In this document: one piece after another, positions 1-11,445 of the stretch | Layout of the letters: each line of letters starts with the position of its first letter | How positions within the stretch are numbered: the first letter of the stretch is position 1 | Origin: a virus | Lineage: Duplodnaviria > Heunggongvirae > Uroviricota > Caudoviricetes | Direction: 5' to 3' (one strand) | IMG/VR virus record: IMGVR_UViG_2541047774_000009 | Length of the DNA: 27,279 nt | The notes under the pieces: generated by a model | What the model was told of the DNA's origin: nothing | The model's input: only the letters and a program-made list of their open reading frames with translations | Database searches by the model: none | Translations under genes and position numbers: made by a program

Positions 1-3053
<3,053 letters not shown>

Positions 3054-3079
<26 letters not shown>

Positions 3080-3599
3080 TCAGCAACCCCGGTATCAGTT
3101 CATCCAGCGCGGCTGCTTTGTTCATGGCTTTGATGATATCCCGTTTCAGGAAATCAACATGTCGGTTTTCCAGTTCCGGAAAACGCCGCTGCACCGACAG
3201 GGGGATCCCGTCGAGAATACTGGCAATTTCACCTGCGATCCGCGACAACACGAAAGTACAGAATGCGGTTTCCACCACTTCAGCGGAGTCTCTGGCATTC
3301 TTCAGTTCCTGTGCGTCGGCCTGCGCACGCGTAAGTCGATGGCGTTCGTACTCAATAGTCCCTGGCTGGAGATCTGCCTCGCTGGCCTGCCGCAGTTCTT
3401 CAACCTCCCGGCGCAGCTTTTCGTTCTCAATTTCAGCATCCCTTTCGGCATACCATTTTATGACGGCGGCAGAGTCATAAAGCACCTCATTACCCTTGCC
3501 ACCGCCTCGCAGAACGGGCATTCCCTGTTCCTGCCAGTTCTGAATGGTACGGATACTCGCACCGAAAATGTCAGCCAGCTGCTTTTTGTTGACTTCCAT
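3054..3599 (-). CDS. Nu1: Terminase small subunit Nu1 (181 aa)
   Basis: Translation MEVNKKQLADIFGASIRTIQNWQEQGMPVLRGGGKGNEVLYDSAAVIKWYAERDAEIENEKLRREVEEL matches lambda Nu1; located immediately downstream of cos. Confidence 0.95.
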
Positions 3600-3776
3600 T
3601 GTTCATTCCACGGACAAAAACAGAGAAAGGAAACGACAGAGGCCAAAAAGCTCGCTTTCAGCACCTGTCGTTTCCTTTCTTTTCAGGGGGTATTTTAAAT
3701 AAAAACATTAAGTTACGACGAAGAAGAACGGAAACACCTTAAACCGGAAAATTTTCATAAATAGCGAAAACCCGCG

Positions 3777-3788
3777 AGGTCGCCGCCC
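3777..3788 (-). other. cosN cohesive-end sequence (12 nt); cosB lies between here and Nu1 start (3600-3776)
   Basis: Reverse complement of 3777-3788 is GGGCGGCGACCT, the lambda 5' cohesive end; reverse complement of 3600-3790 reproduces the lambda left-end sequence (GGGCGGCGACCTCGCGGGTTTTCGCTATTTATGAAAATTTTCCGG...). Confidence 0.85.
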
Positions 3789-3937
3789 CGTAGCCTGTTG
3801 GATCGCCGGAAAGGACCCGAAAAACGAGAATAATTATCACTTACAGCAAGAATCGAATCTGATCTATTATGGTGCTTGCTATTATGTGCCGGCACAAGTG
3901 CGTCGTTTACCGTCATTTCACACAGAGGCATCATCAA

Positions 3938-4189
3938 ATGAAAATCAGAAATATTCTCGCTATCTCCCTTGCAACATCATCCTTCAGTTGCCTGGCATTT
4001 AAATCCTCGCCCAATGTGCTACCAGGACCAACGAATCAACTAACTGCGGTAGAAAGTAAAATTATCGGACATTTTTATGCCCCACACAGTGCATTACCCG
4101 GAACAACCATCACAGGGACATGTGACGCCTCCCCCGTCCCGGGATGCACCTGTCCGTTTTGTACTATGCTGCGTAGCCAAAACCGATAA
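3938..4189 (+). CDS. Hypothetical small secreted protein (83 aa) with N-terminal signal peptide and Cys-rich C-terminus
   Basis: Internal ATG of track ORF 3869..4189; product MKIRNILAISLATSSFSCLAFK... has a hydrophobic signal-like N-terminus and CDASPVPGCTCPFC near the C-terminus; no family recognised. Confidence 0.3.
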   Translation: MKIRNILAISLATSSFSCLAFKSSPNVLPGPTNQLTAVESKIIGHFYAPHSALPGTTITGTCDASPVPGCTCPFCTMLRSQNR

Positions 4190-4552
4190 CATCCGCATTT
4201 ACCTGGTATTCCATGATGAGTTCACGCAGCGACTGATAGAGGAAGGAAAGATGGTTAGCAAAAGCAAGGCGCATTGCCGCCGCATGCTGCAGGCATTGCA
4301 ACAGACGAGAGCAGGTATTTTTGACCAGTTGGAAAACTGCCAGCATACTTTGCCCGAGTATATCGCCATCTCATCGGAAACCAGTGCAACTCTTATTCAT
4401 CGGGTTCCACTAGAGAAAAAGAAGAAATGAACAGTGAGGCGTTGTGTGGCATACAACGCCTTCTTCCATCATTCCTCGTCAGCCATGACAAAAATATAAC
4501 CGCTGGCTCTTTCATTTTTCTCCTGCTTCCAGCCCCTCTCTACCTGGAAGCA

Positions 4553-4879
4553 TCAGGGACGTGACGGCGTAAAGATAAATTGTCTCTTCACTCCCTGACA
4601 GGGACGATTCTTTTCAAATCGCCATTTCGCCATGGCCTTCACCACTTCATCACGAAACAAATTATGAGGCTCTGAGCGGAGAAAAACGATCCGTGTCACA
4701 GTCCCATCAGCACCAATATCGAACTTAACCTCAACCAGCCCCTTGATATAATTTGCTGCAGCATATTCCGGATATCGTGGATACACCGTCACTAATTGCC
4801 GGGGCTCATCAGCTTTTTGCTGCGAGCATCCCACTGCTAGGACAGATAACAGAAAAAGTAGTAAAAGGCGTCTTTTCAT
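4553..4879 (-). CDS. Lipoprotein with TonB C-terminal-like domain (108 aa)
   Basis: Start at internal ATG 4877-4879 with AGGA upstream; N-terminus MKRRLLLLFLLSVLAVGCSQQ (signal peptide plus lipobox LAVGC); C-terminal segment YIKGLVEVKFDIGADGTVTRIVFLRSEPHNLFRDEVVKAMAKWRFE resembles TonB C-terminal fold. Confidence 0.5.
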   Translation of the reverse strand: MKRRLLLLFLLSVLAVGCSQQKADEPRQLVTVYPRYPEYAAANYIKGLVEVKFDIGADGTVTRIVFLRSEPHNLFRDEVVKAMAKWRFEKNRPCQGVKRQFIFTPSRP

Positions 4880-5359
4880 TTTTATTCCTACGGGTCTTAT
4901 TCTGACAATATATCCTGTGTTCCAGACTGCCACATCACCACATCCTGTGCCATTATCTGACTCACATTACATACATCGCATCGGGATACAGTAGTAGCAC
5001 TTTCTGTAATACAGCTTCCGGTTTCTTCCACCATCGCACCGGGATAAATCCGCGAATCATTAACGCGGTAAAAACCCGGTGTGCATCGTTTTTAATTATT
5101 CCCGCACACTCACGCAGAAGGAATTCCCCGTCGGGCTACGGTCATGGTTAATGCGGGAATACGGCGACGATACAGCGCAGCTAAAAGGGTAATGGACGGA
5201 TAGACCGGTTTATTTCATTCTACAGGATTCTGAGTGTCCCCAACTCCCTCCAATCGTCTGAGCTCACCTGTGTAGTTTTAATTTTCATCAATCCATTTAA
5301 CTATCGTTTAATTGTTGTCACATAGGATTCTGCCGTTTTTAACAATGCAGGATAATAAG

Positions 5360-5653
5360 ATGAAAAAAATGTTGTTTTCTGCCGCTCTGGCAATGCTTAT
5401 TACAGGATGTGCTCAACAGACGTTTACTGTTGGAAACAAACCGACAGCAGTAACACCAAAGGAAACCATCACCCATCATTTCTTCGTTTCGGGAATTGGG
5501 CAGAAGAAAACTGTCGATGCAGCAAAAATTTGTGGTGGTGCAGAAAATGTGGTTAAAACAGAAACCCAGCAAACATTCGTAAATGGATTGCTCGGTTTCA
5601 TCACTTTTGGCATTTATACTCCGCTGGAAGCGCGGGTGTATTGCTCAAAATAA
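5360..5653 (+). CDS. bor: Bor lipoprotein (serum-resistance outer-membrane lipoprotein, 97 aa)
   Basis: MKKMLFSAALAMLITGCAQQTFTVGNKPTAVTPKETITHHFFVSGIGQKKTVDAAKICGGAENVVKTETQQTFVNGLLGFITFGIYTPLEARVYCSK closely matches lambda Bor; oriented opposite to lysis genes as in lambda. Confidence 0.9.
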   Translation: MKKMLFSAALAMLITGCAQQTFTVGNKPTAVTPKETITHHFFVSGIGQKKTVDAAKICGGAENVVKTETQQTFVNGLLGFITFGIYTPLEARVYCSK

Positions 5654-5684
5654 TTGCATGAGTTGCCCATCGATATGAGCAACT

Positions 5685-6146
5685 CTATCTGCACTGCTCA
5701 TTAATATACTTCTGGGTTCCTTCCAGTTGTTTTTGCATAGTGATCAGCCTCTCTCTGAGGGTGAAATAATCCCGTTCAGCGGTGTCTGCCAGTCGGGGGG
5801 AGGCTGCATTATCCACGCCGGAGGCGGTGGTGGCTTCACGCACTGACTGACAGACTGCTTTGATGTGCAACCGACGACGACCAGCGGCAACATCATCACG
5901 CAGAGCATCATTTTCAGCTTTCGCATCAGCTAACTCCTTCGTGTATTTTGCATCGAGCGCAGCAACATCACGCTGACGCATCTGCATGTCAGTAATTGCC
6001 GCGTTCGCCAGCTTCAGTTCTCTGGCATTTTTGTCGCGCAGGGCTTTGTAGGCGATTGCGTTATCACGGTAATGATTAACAGCCCATGACAGGCAGACGA
6101 TGATGCAGATAACCAGAGCATAAATAATCGCGGCGACTCTGCTCAC
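5685..6146 (-). CDS. Rz: Rz i-spanin (153 aa, GTG start overlapping R stop)
   Basis: Translation from GTG at 6144-6146: (M)[59 protein letters not shown]... matches lambda Rz. Confidence 0.9.
   Translation of the reverse strand: MSRVAAIIYALVICIIVCLSWAVNHYRDNAIAYKALRDKNARELKLANAAITDMQMRQRDVAALDAKYTKELADAKAENDALRDDVAAGRRRLHIKAVCQSVREATTASGVDNAASPRLADTAERDYFTLRERLITMQKQLEGTQKYINEQCR
5744..5926 (-). CDS. Rz1: Rz1 o-spanin lipoprotein (60 aa), embedded in Rz in +1 frame
   Basis: [60 protein letters not shown], lipobox VVGC and Pro-rich tract, near-identical to lambda Rz1; entirely inside Rz. Confidence 0.9.
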   Translation of the reverse strand: MRKLKMMLCVMMLPLVVVGCTSKQSVSQCVKPPPPPAWIMQPPPDWQTPLNGIISPSERG

Positions 6147-6676
6147 TGATCTATCCCCCAACAGGCTAATGCGCTTTCCTGGTCACGACGAATAACCTGT
6201 CCATAGCAGTTATTTGAACGTATGCGGCAATCGCGCCCACCATCTTTTATCCACCAGCGAATCGCCTCGCATGCACCTTTACGATCACCGGCATTCAGCC
6301 GCTTATAAAACGTCGACGGGAAACACTTACCGGGGCCAATGTTATAGGGACAAAATGACGCGATACCCGCTTTCTGTGGTTCGGTCAGTGGCACTTTAAT
6401 ATTGCGCTCCACCCATGCCAGCGCCTTATCCCGTTCAATGGCGTTAACCTGGTCGCATTTTTCCTTCGACAGTTTCATACCGGGAACAACGGGTTTTCCA
6501 TCCACCACCGTGGCACCCCGACAGATGGTCCAGATGCCGGAACCATCGCGGTATGCCGTTGTGTGGTTACCTTCTTTTTCATCCAGAAACTGGTCGAGAA
6601 TATCAGGCGCAGGCGCACCGACGGCAATCAGTGCCAGAACGGCAGCCGACAGGCCGTATCTGATTTTTGCGTTCAT
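6143..6676 (-). CDS. R: SAR endolysin (GH24 T4-lysozyme-like, 177 aa)
   Basis: N-terminal signal-arrest-release segment [16 protein letters not shown] followed by catalytic E-x8-D-x5-T triad ([16 protein letters not shown]); matches P21/933W-type R rather than lambda transglycosylase. Confidence 0.9.
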   Translation of the reverse strand: MNAKIRYGLSAAVLALIAVGAPAPDILDQFLDEKEGNHTTAYRDGSGIWTICRGATVVDGKPVVPGMKLSKEKCDQVNAIERDKALAWVERNIKVPLTEPQKAGIASFCPYNIGPGKCFPSTFYKRLNAGDRKGACEAIRWWIKDGGRDCRIRSNNCYGQVIRRDQESALACWGIDQ

Positions 6677-6781
6677 GGATATTTATCAGGATTTATCGGT
6701 TTCTGAACCCTGGATATGTTTATCTGTCCCGGCCTGTTGAATCAGGCAAGGAATAGTTAAATACAATAGAGAGGATTGTTT

Positions 6782-7054
6782 ATGGACAATAGCACCATTT
6801 CTCTACAGGAGTTGCTCGACTGCATTTCCAGGCTTCGGGATGATGTAAATGCCCTTACTGTCGCATTTTCATATCTGGCATTCTCAATTCCCAAGGAACA
6901 AATGCAACCAACACTGGCATCGCTCCAGCTTGAATCAATCAATCCCAAATGGTCCCAGCAACAACAAAATTCTTTCAAGTGGCTGGCGGTATTACTGGAG
7001 GAAAAATATGCTGGTGAAATTACCATTTCGGCGGAGTCTTCAGTGAACCAGTAA
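6782..7054 (+). CDS. Hypothetical small protein (90 aa), antisense to the lysis operon
   Basis: ATG at 6782 preceded by GAGAGGA (6767-6773); occupies a 343-nt gap between the DUF1327-like gene and R; 3' end overlaps DUF1327-like gene on the opposite strand by 35 nt; no family recognised. Confidence 0.35.
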   Translation: MDNSTISLQELLDCISRLRDDVNALTVAFSYLAFSIPKEQMQPTLASLQLESINPKWSQQQQNSFKWLAVLLEEKYAGEITISAESSVNQ

Positions 7055-7364
7055 TTCTTCCCGGCAGTTTTCCTTTGTAGGTTATCCACACACTCTGCGC
7101 CTCTAAAATTATGGGGCGCTTTTCCGGCGACTGCTCATCCCCTCCACATAACCCGGCAGCAACATCCAGGAAGACCTGTCTGATGCTCCTTCTGGCTGCT
7201 GCCTCATAAAACTCCAGCGCGGCACCTTCAACACGGTCCAGCGAGATGTCCAGGTCAAAAATTTCACCGTCAAAGCGTTCTTTGTCCTGTAATGCTAAAG
7301 TTACCGTAACTTTATTCTCAAAATTGCGGATCCCTTTCACAATCATTTCATAGTTTTGGACCAT
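7020..7364 (-). CDS. DUF1327-family phage protein (YdfR-like, 114 aa)
   Basis: MVQNYEMIVKGIRNFENKVTVTLALQDKERFDGEIFDL...; AGGAG RBS; sits between holin and endolysin as ydfR does in Qin-type prophages; start 4 nt after holin stop. Confidence 0.6.
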   Translation of the reverse strand: MVQNYEMIVKGIRNFENKVTVTLALQDKERFDGEIFDLDISLDRVEGAALEFYEAAARRSIRQVFLDVAAGLCGGDEQSPEKRPIILEAQSVWITYKGKLPGRITGSLKTPPKW

Positions 7365-7368
7365 TATA

Positions 7369-7584
7369 TTACTCTCCTCTCGCAGCCTTTCTTCTGTCTT
7401 CTCTGATTTTGAAGTACAGATTCGTCAGATAAGTCAGAAAGCCCAGAACCAGACTTCCCAGTACACCAATCGCAGCCCACTGAGACGGACTAACCTGATC
7501 AAGCCATTGTAAAAACCAGTAGCCAGCACTGCCTGCGGAGGTGCCGTAGGCAATGCCTGTTGATATTTTTTCCATCTGATACAT
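7369..7584 (-). CDS. S: Class II holin/pinholin, S21/EssD-like (71 aa) with dual-start motif
   Basis: [71 protein letters not shown] matches S21/EssD family; two in-frame ATGs (7584 and 7575) 3 codons apart; paired with SAR endolysin. Confidence 0.85.
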   Translation of the reverse strand: MYQMEKISTGIAYGTSAGSAGYWFLQWLDQVSPSQWAAIGVLGSLVLGFLTYLTNLYFKIREDRRKAARGE

Positions 7585-7693
7585 ATCCCGCCCCAACAGA
7601 CCTGTGCTACCGGAAAGAAAAAAGGCCATCAGCAAAACTCTGATGGCCTGAATCACCTTTACCAGTCATGTATGAAAAAATACGCACAACCAA

Positions 7694-7823
7694 TTGACAA
7701 TAATTATCATTTTCATTAAAAATACCGCGTAACATTCTTATTTCATGAAGAACCATACCCGCCAGCGACCTGAGTAGCAAAAGCTGTTCATCCCCCATAT
7801 TTTTGCTGGCGGGTTCTTTTTTC
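7694..7823 (+). ncRNA. Candidate small RNA transcription unit antisense to the late-operon leader
   Basis: Consensus -35 TTGACA at 7694-7699, A/T-rich -10 region 7717-7723, then 10-bp perfect GC-rich stem (ACCCGCCAGC 7757-7766 / GCTGGCGGGT 7805-7814) followed by TCTTTTTT; no ORF over 10 codons. Confidence 0.3.
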
Positions 7824-8049
7824 TACTGCCCTCCTCCCCAGGAAAAGCATTTCATTCTTTTCTCATTAATCGTTACTGGAGAGAAGGCGGGAAAAAGCCA
7901 GCTCTTTGGCCCTAAATAACAGCATGGCTTCAGTCCATACAGAATCTGATTTTCCAGCTCACATAATAACCAGATGATGCAGTTGCAAAATCTGGCAACA
8001 TCGGATTATTATGCGCCTGTGAAAATTTCTTCACGTTTTATTCCTTGCC

Positions 8050-8077
8050 GCCCGTGCCTCCCAGCGCGGGCTTTTTT
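8050..8077 (+). terminator. Plus-strand intrinsic terminator-like hairpin with T6 run
   Basis: GCCCGTG...CGCGGGC stem (one G-U pair) followed by TTTTTT at 8072-8077. Confidence 0.4.
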
Positions 8078-8081
8078 ATCC

Positions 8082-8107
8082 AAAAAATACCCCTCCGGAG
8101 AGGGGTA
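8082..8107 (-). terminator. Minus-strand intrinsic terminator (candidate tR'-like)
   Basis: Perfect 8-bp stem TACCCCTC/GAGGGGTA (8088-8095/8100-8107) with 4-nt loop, followed on the minus strand by a U6 run (plus-strand AAAAAA 8082-8087). Confidence 0.5.
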
Positions 8108-8396
8108 TCATACAAGGGGATGACCATGATGCATGGTGCCGGGTGCCTCCCGGTGAGTCCGGCATCAGCATACGAACCCGCGATTATCCCAGAACTGACT
8201 GCTGATTCGCCCCGCCGCTTAGGGGGATTCACCATGCGTTTTTTTATTTACAAACTCTTCGCCAGACAAACAACCATTAACTGGCTGAATTGTGAGGTAT
8301 TTCAATTTTTAGAAAACTGACCAACCTCCGCTTATACGCCGGGCATGGAGCGGATACAAAAAAGCCCCGCAAAAGCAGATCAGAAGGATTCGTTGT

Positions 8397-8436
8397 AAAA
8401 AAAAAGCTGTCAGATTATCGCGCTAATCTGACAGCT
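8397..8436 (-). terminator. Minus-strand intrinsic terminator downstream of methyltransferase gene
   Basis: Perfect 12-13 bp stem GCTGTCAGATTA/TAATCTGACAGC (8406-8417/8424-8435), 6-nt loop, followed on the minus strand by a U9 run (plus A-run 8397-8405). Confidence 0.6.
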
Positions 8437-8677
8437 ACAGCAGGTATCCAAAAACATGGGTGGAAACAATAAGTGAGTTAAGAAGACACGGTGTCGGATT
8501 TTTACCGATGAGCCGTTGGCGTGGTCAACCGTGACTCGCTTGTATCAACGATGAATTAATGAAGCCAATCCTTTGCAGGCTATGTACAACCCACCACATC
8601 AGCCCTGCTGCATTGCAGGATACACTGTATCTGTAATCATTATACGGCACAGACATCCCACCAATAATTGAATTAAT

Positions 8678-9769
8678 TCACAAAATTGTATTTGCTGATA
8701 ACATACTGATTTCCTGGATGGTCTGATTAAACCGCTCTGTCTCAAGCTCAACACCTAACGCCCGACGCCCCAGCGCCATTGCTGCTTTTATTGTGGAACC
8801 GGATCCCATAAAGAAATCAGCAACCAGATCGCCGGGTCGACTACTGGCATTGATTATTTGCCTGAGCATATCCGCCGGTTTCTCACACGGATGTTTACCC
8901 GGGTAGAACTGAACGGGTTTATGCATCCAGACATCGGTATAAGGCACGGAGACTGATACGGAGAAATAGCGCCGGAGAGATTTAAACTCATCCAGCAATT
9001 CAGAATATTTGCGATTCAGTGAATCATAAGATGCCACCAACTGGTGGTGTGGTTGTTCCAGTTGTTGTTCCTGAAACTTCTCTGCCGCTATACGGGAAAA
9101 CAGTGCCTGTAACTTCCGGTAGTCAGCCTCATTCGGCAACTGCCACTGACTGGCACCAAACCAGTGGGAAACCATATTTTTCTTACCTGTGGCTTCGGCA
9201 ATTTGTTTTGCCGTTATACCCAGTTCGGCACGAGCATCCCTGAAATACGATATCAGCGGTGCCATTATGTGCTGTTTGAGTTCCCTTTCTTTTGCCGCAT
9301 AGCCGTCACTTTTGCCGCGATATGGCCCCTGGTAATGTTCAGCAAACAGAACGCGCTCTGTGGCAGGAAAATATGCGCGCAGACTTTCTTTATTACACCC
9401 ATTCCAACGTCCGGACGGCTTCGCCCAGATGATATGGTTAAGCACGTTGAAACGTTCACGCATCATGATCTCAATATCAGATGCCAGGCGATGCCCACAG
9501 AACAGGTAAAGGCTTCCGGCTGGTTTCAGTACCCGCCAGAACTGGGCCAGACAGTGGTCCAGCCACTTCAGGTAATCTTCGTCCCCTTTCCACTGATTGT
9601 CCCAGCCGTTGGGCTTCACTTTGAAGTACGGCGGATCGGTAACAATCAGATCAATGGAGTTATCAGGCAGGGACTGAATAAAATGCAGGCAATCAGCGTT
9701 GATTAAATCAACACTGTTTATTTTTACAGTATTTTCATGGATCAGTAAGCGTAACTCTGGTAGGCTCAC
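8678..9769 (-). CDS. Orphan DNA methyltransferase, beta-class N6-adenine/N4-cytosine type (363 aa)
   Basis: Motif IV DPPY near N-terminus (LIVTDPPYF) and AdoMet motif I near C-terminus (DFFMGSGST): circularly permuted beta-class order; GTG start at 9769; no adjacent endonuclease gene. Confidence 0.8.
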   Translation of the reverse strand: MSLPELRLLIHENTVKINSVDLINADCLHFIQSLPDNSIDLIVTDPPYFKVKPNGWDNQWKGDEDYLKWLDHCLAQFWRVLKPAGSLYLFCGHRLASDIEIMMRERFNVLNHIIWAKPSGRWNGCNKESLRAYFPATERVLFAEHYQGPYRGKSDGYAAKERELKQHIMAPLISYFRDARAELGITAKQIAEATGKKNMVSHWFGASQWQLPNEADYRKLQALFSRIAAEKFQEQQLEQPHHQLVASYDSLNRKYSELLDEFKSLRRYFSVSVSVPYTDVWMHKPVQFYPGKHPCEKPADMLRQIINASSRPGDLVADFFMGSGSTIKAAMALGRRALGVELETERFNQTIQEISMLSANTIL

Positions 9770-9888
9770 TCTGCTTTTGCGCTAAAGCAGTGGGCCGTGG
9801 TTCGCTTGTGACAAGTAAGCATGAGCGAATGGCTGGCAGGTGCTACCAACACCCACCAGCCGCCCATTTTCACAGCAGGAAACCGCCA

Positions 9889-10092
9889 TTACTGGCAGCG
9901 TCTGAATTTATTCCCGTACCCGCCGTTATCCTTCGCCAGACCCGCCAGAACTAACTGAGTCAGTATTAACTGGCACCGGGCTTCGCTTACTCCGGTAGTT
10001 CTCGTCATCATGCGTGGCGTTACCCACTTGTCAGCAGGTAAGAAATGAAGGACTGCGGCGGCGGTTTCTGTCATATCTTGCTGTTTTAGCAT
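9889..10092 (-). CDS. Hypothetical small winged-helix-like protein (67 aa from internal ATG; ORF extends to 10116)
   Basis: ORF co-oriented with and 119 nt upstream of the methyltransferase; helix-turn-helix-like segment TPRMMTRTTGVSEARCQLILTQLVLAGL; internal ATG has GAAGGG upstream; no family recognised. Confidence 0.3.
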   Translation of the reverse strand: MLKQQDMTETAAAVLHFLPADKWVTPRMMTRTTGVSEARCQLILTQLVLAGLAKDNGGYGNKFRRCQ

Positions 10093-10411
10093 GTCTTTTT
10101 CCCTTCTGGTTAACATGACATACCAATAACTCTTGTCTAAAAAGCCAGCAAGATAAAAAGTCAGTATTCACGACCACCAGCGTGTTTACTGTGCTGCACC
10201 AAGTTTACAGGTACAAAAAAACCGCTCAGCGGCGGGTTTAAGTTGTGTGGCGAAGTAACCACTCTTAACACAGTAATCTAGAAAATGCGGACCGCGTTAG
10301 TGATTTTTATCTGTTTTTCCATTATTTTTTTGCCACACAGCTTAAAACGAAAAATAAAGCAGGCGTTGCCAAACCTCACGGTGACAGTTGGCTTAGAATG
10401 AGGACATATTT

Positions 10412-11431
10412 TTGGATAAGTTTGATGAGATTCATGTAGACATTGAATCTGAGCAGCAAGCCTTCGATTTGCTTGAAAGCTATCTTGATGGTTATGGTTT
10501 ACCTGACAGTTTAAGTTTCAACGGATGGCCAAACCTTACCATCAGATTAACCGGTGAAAAATTCAACAGATCGCTAACACCTTCAGTTATGAAGGGATTT
10601 GTTGAAATGCAAGCTCAAATCAACAAATCATATGCCCTTGCCAAGTACGGTGTCCCTGACGTCCGCAAACTGACCAAAGAAGAACTTGATGCCCTAGAAA
10701 TAGAAGTTACGGTAGAACAGGGTTCTTCAATAGTAGAAATCAACATTGATGGCTTTTTAACCAAACTCACACAGGAACTTGTTGGTAAAATGAACGCAAC
10801 TGAGATCATGTTTACTGTTCTCGGCGCAGCAGTCATCTGGGGCGGAGTAACAGTATTTAAACGGTTCTTGGACAACCGTAAAGATATTCGCCTTGCAGAA
10901 ATTGCTAAGGATGGAGAGAAAGAACATCTCCGGACTATGCAGATCATGAGCGAGCAAGAAACTAAACGCCTGCGGGTTATTTCAGAAATGATTGCGGAAA
11001 AACCACTTCTCGATAACATGGACCGTATGTCGTATGACGCTAAAACCCAAATGGTCAAATCCTTTGTGCGTTCAGATAACGCTCAAATTGATGGCGTTAC
11101 TATTGATTCTGAAATGGCGAAAGAGTTGGTTACGAATGCTCGTAGACGTTCATCAGAAATGAGGATTGATGGTATTTACCGAATTGAAGAAGTCAATAAT
11201 ACTGACCCAGAGAGTTTCAAAGTTAAGGTCCGACGCGTAGATACCGACCAACGTCTAACCTGCGTAGTTCAGGATGTTTTCCTTGATGAATCCGGAAACA
11301 AAGAAGCATTGCAGCGAGCTGAGTGGGAAAGAAAGCCTGTACATTTGAGCATTAACGCAAAACACGTCGATGGTGACATTAAGTCAGCAGTAATTCTCTA
11401 TGTTCGAGATGTGGAACAAAAGCCCGAGTAA
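10412..11431 (+). CDS. Hypothetical membrane-anchored protein (339 aa, single central TM helix), lower-GC moron convergent with late genes
   Basis: TTG start with GAGGA 7 nt upstream; one hydrophobic helix (IMFTVLGAAVIWGGVTVF, residues about 133-150) separating two soluble domains; stop codon sits in the loop of a hairpin shared with the convergent Q gene; no catalytic motif recognised. Confidence 0.6.
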   Translation: MDKFDEIHVDIESEQQAFDLLESYLDGYGLPDSLSFNGWPNLTIRLTGEKFNRSLTPSVMKGFVEMQAQINKSYALAKYGVPDVRKLTKEELDALEIEVTVEQGSSIVEINIDGFLTKLTQELVGKMNATEIMFTVLGAAVIWGGVTVFKRFLDNRKDIRLAEIAKDGEKEHLRTMQIMSEQETKRLRVISEMIAEKPLLDNMDRMSYDAKTQMVKSFVRSDNAQIDGVTIDSEMAKELVTNARRRSSEMRIDGIYRIEEVNNTDPESFKVKVRRVDTDQRLTCVVQDVFLDESGNKEALQRAEWERKPVHLSINAKHVDGDIKSAVILYVRDVEQKPE

Positions 11432-11438
11432 TCGGGCT
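11417..11438 (-). terminator. Hairpin terminator immediately downstream of Q (shared with convergent 339-aa gene)
   Basis: 7-bp stem AGCCCGA/TCGGGCT (11421-11427/11432-11438) with GTAA loop; on the minus strand followed by TTTTGTT. Confidence 0.5.
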
Positions 11439-11445
11439 TCAATAA

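Noticed and set aside
3118-3698. Plus-strand ORFs 3118..3480 and 3159..3698 and minus ORF 3458..3664 over Nu1 and cos
   Set aside because: Overlap the well-supported Nu1 gene and the cos region, which is non-coding in lambda
8038-8320. Track ORFs 8038..8235(-) and 8045..8320(+) in the structured intergenic region
   Set aside because: No convincing start context, overlap terminator hairpins, low-complexity translations; only a 26-codon ORF with a good SD (8234-8314) remains as a weak possibility, noted in findings
7657-8677. Searched for tRNA genes (ileZ/argN/argO-type) and stx genes between Q and S
   Set aside because: No T-arm/acceptor-like sequence (GGTTCGAATCC or its complement) and no ORFs of toxin size; region instead holds terminator hairpins and promoter-like elements
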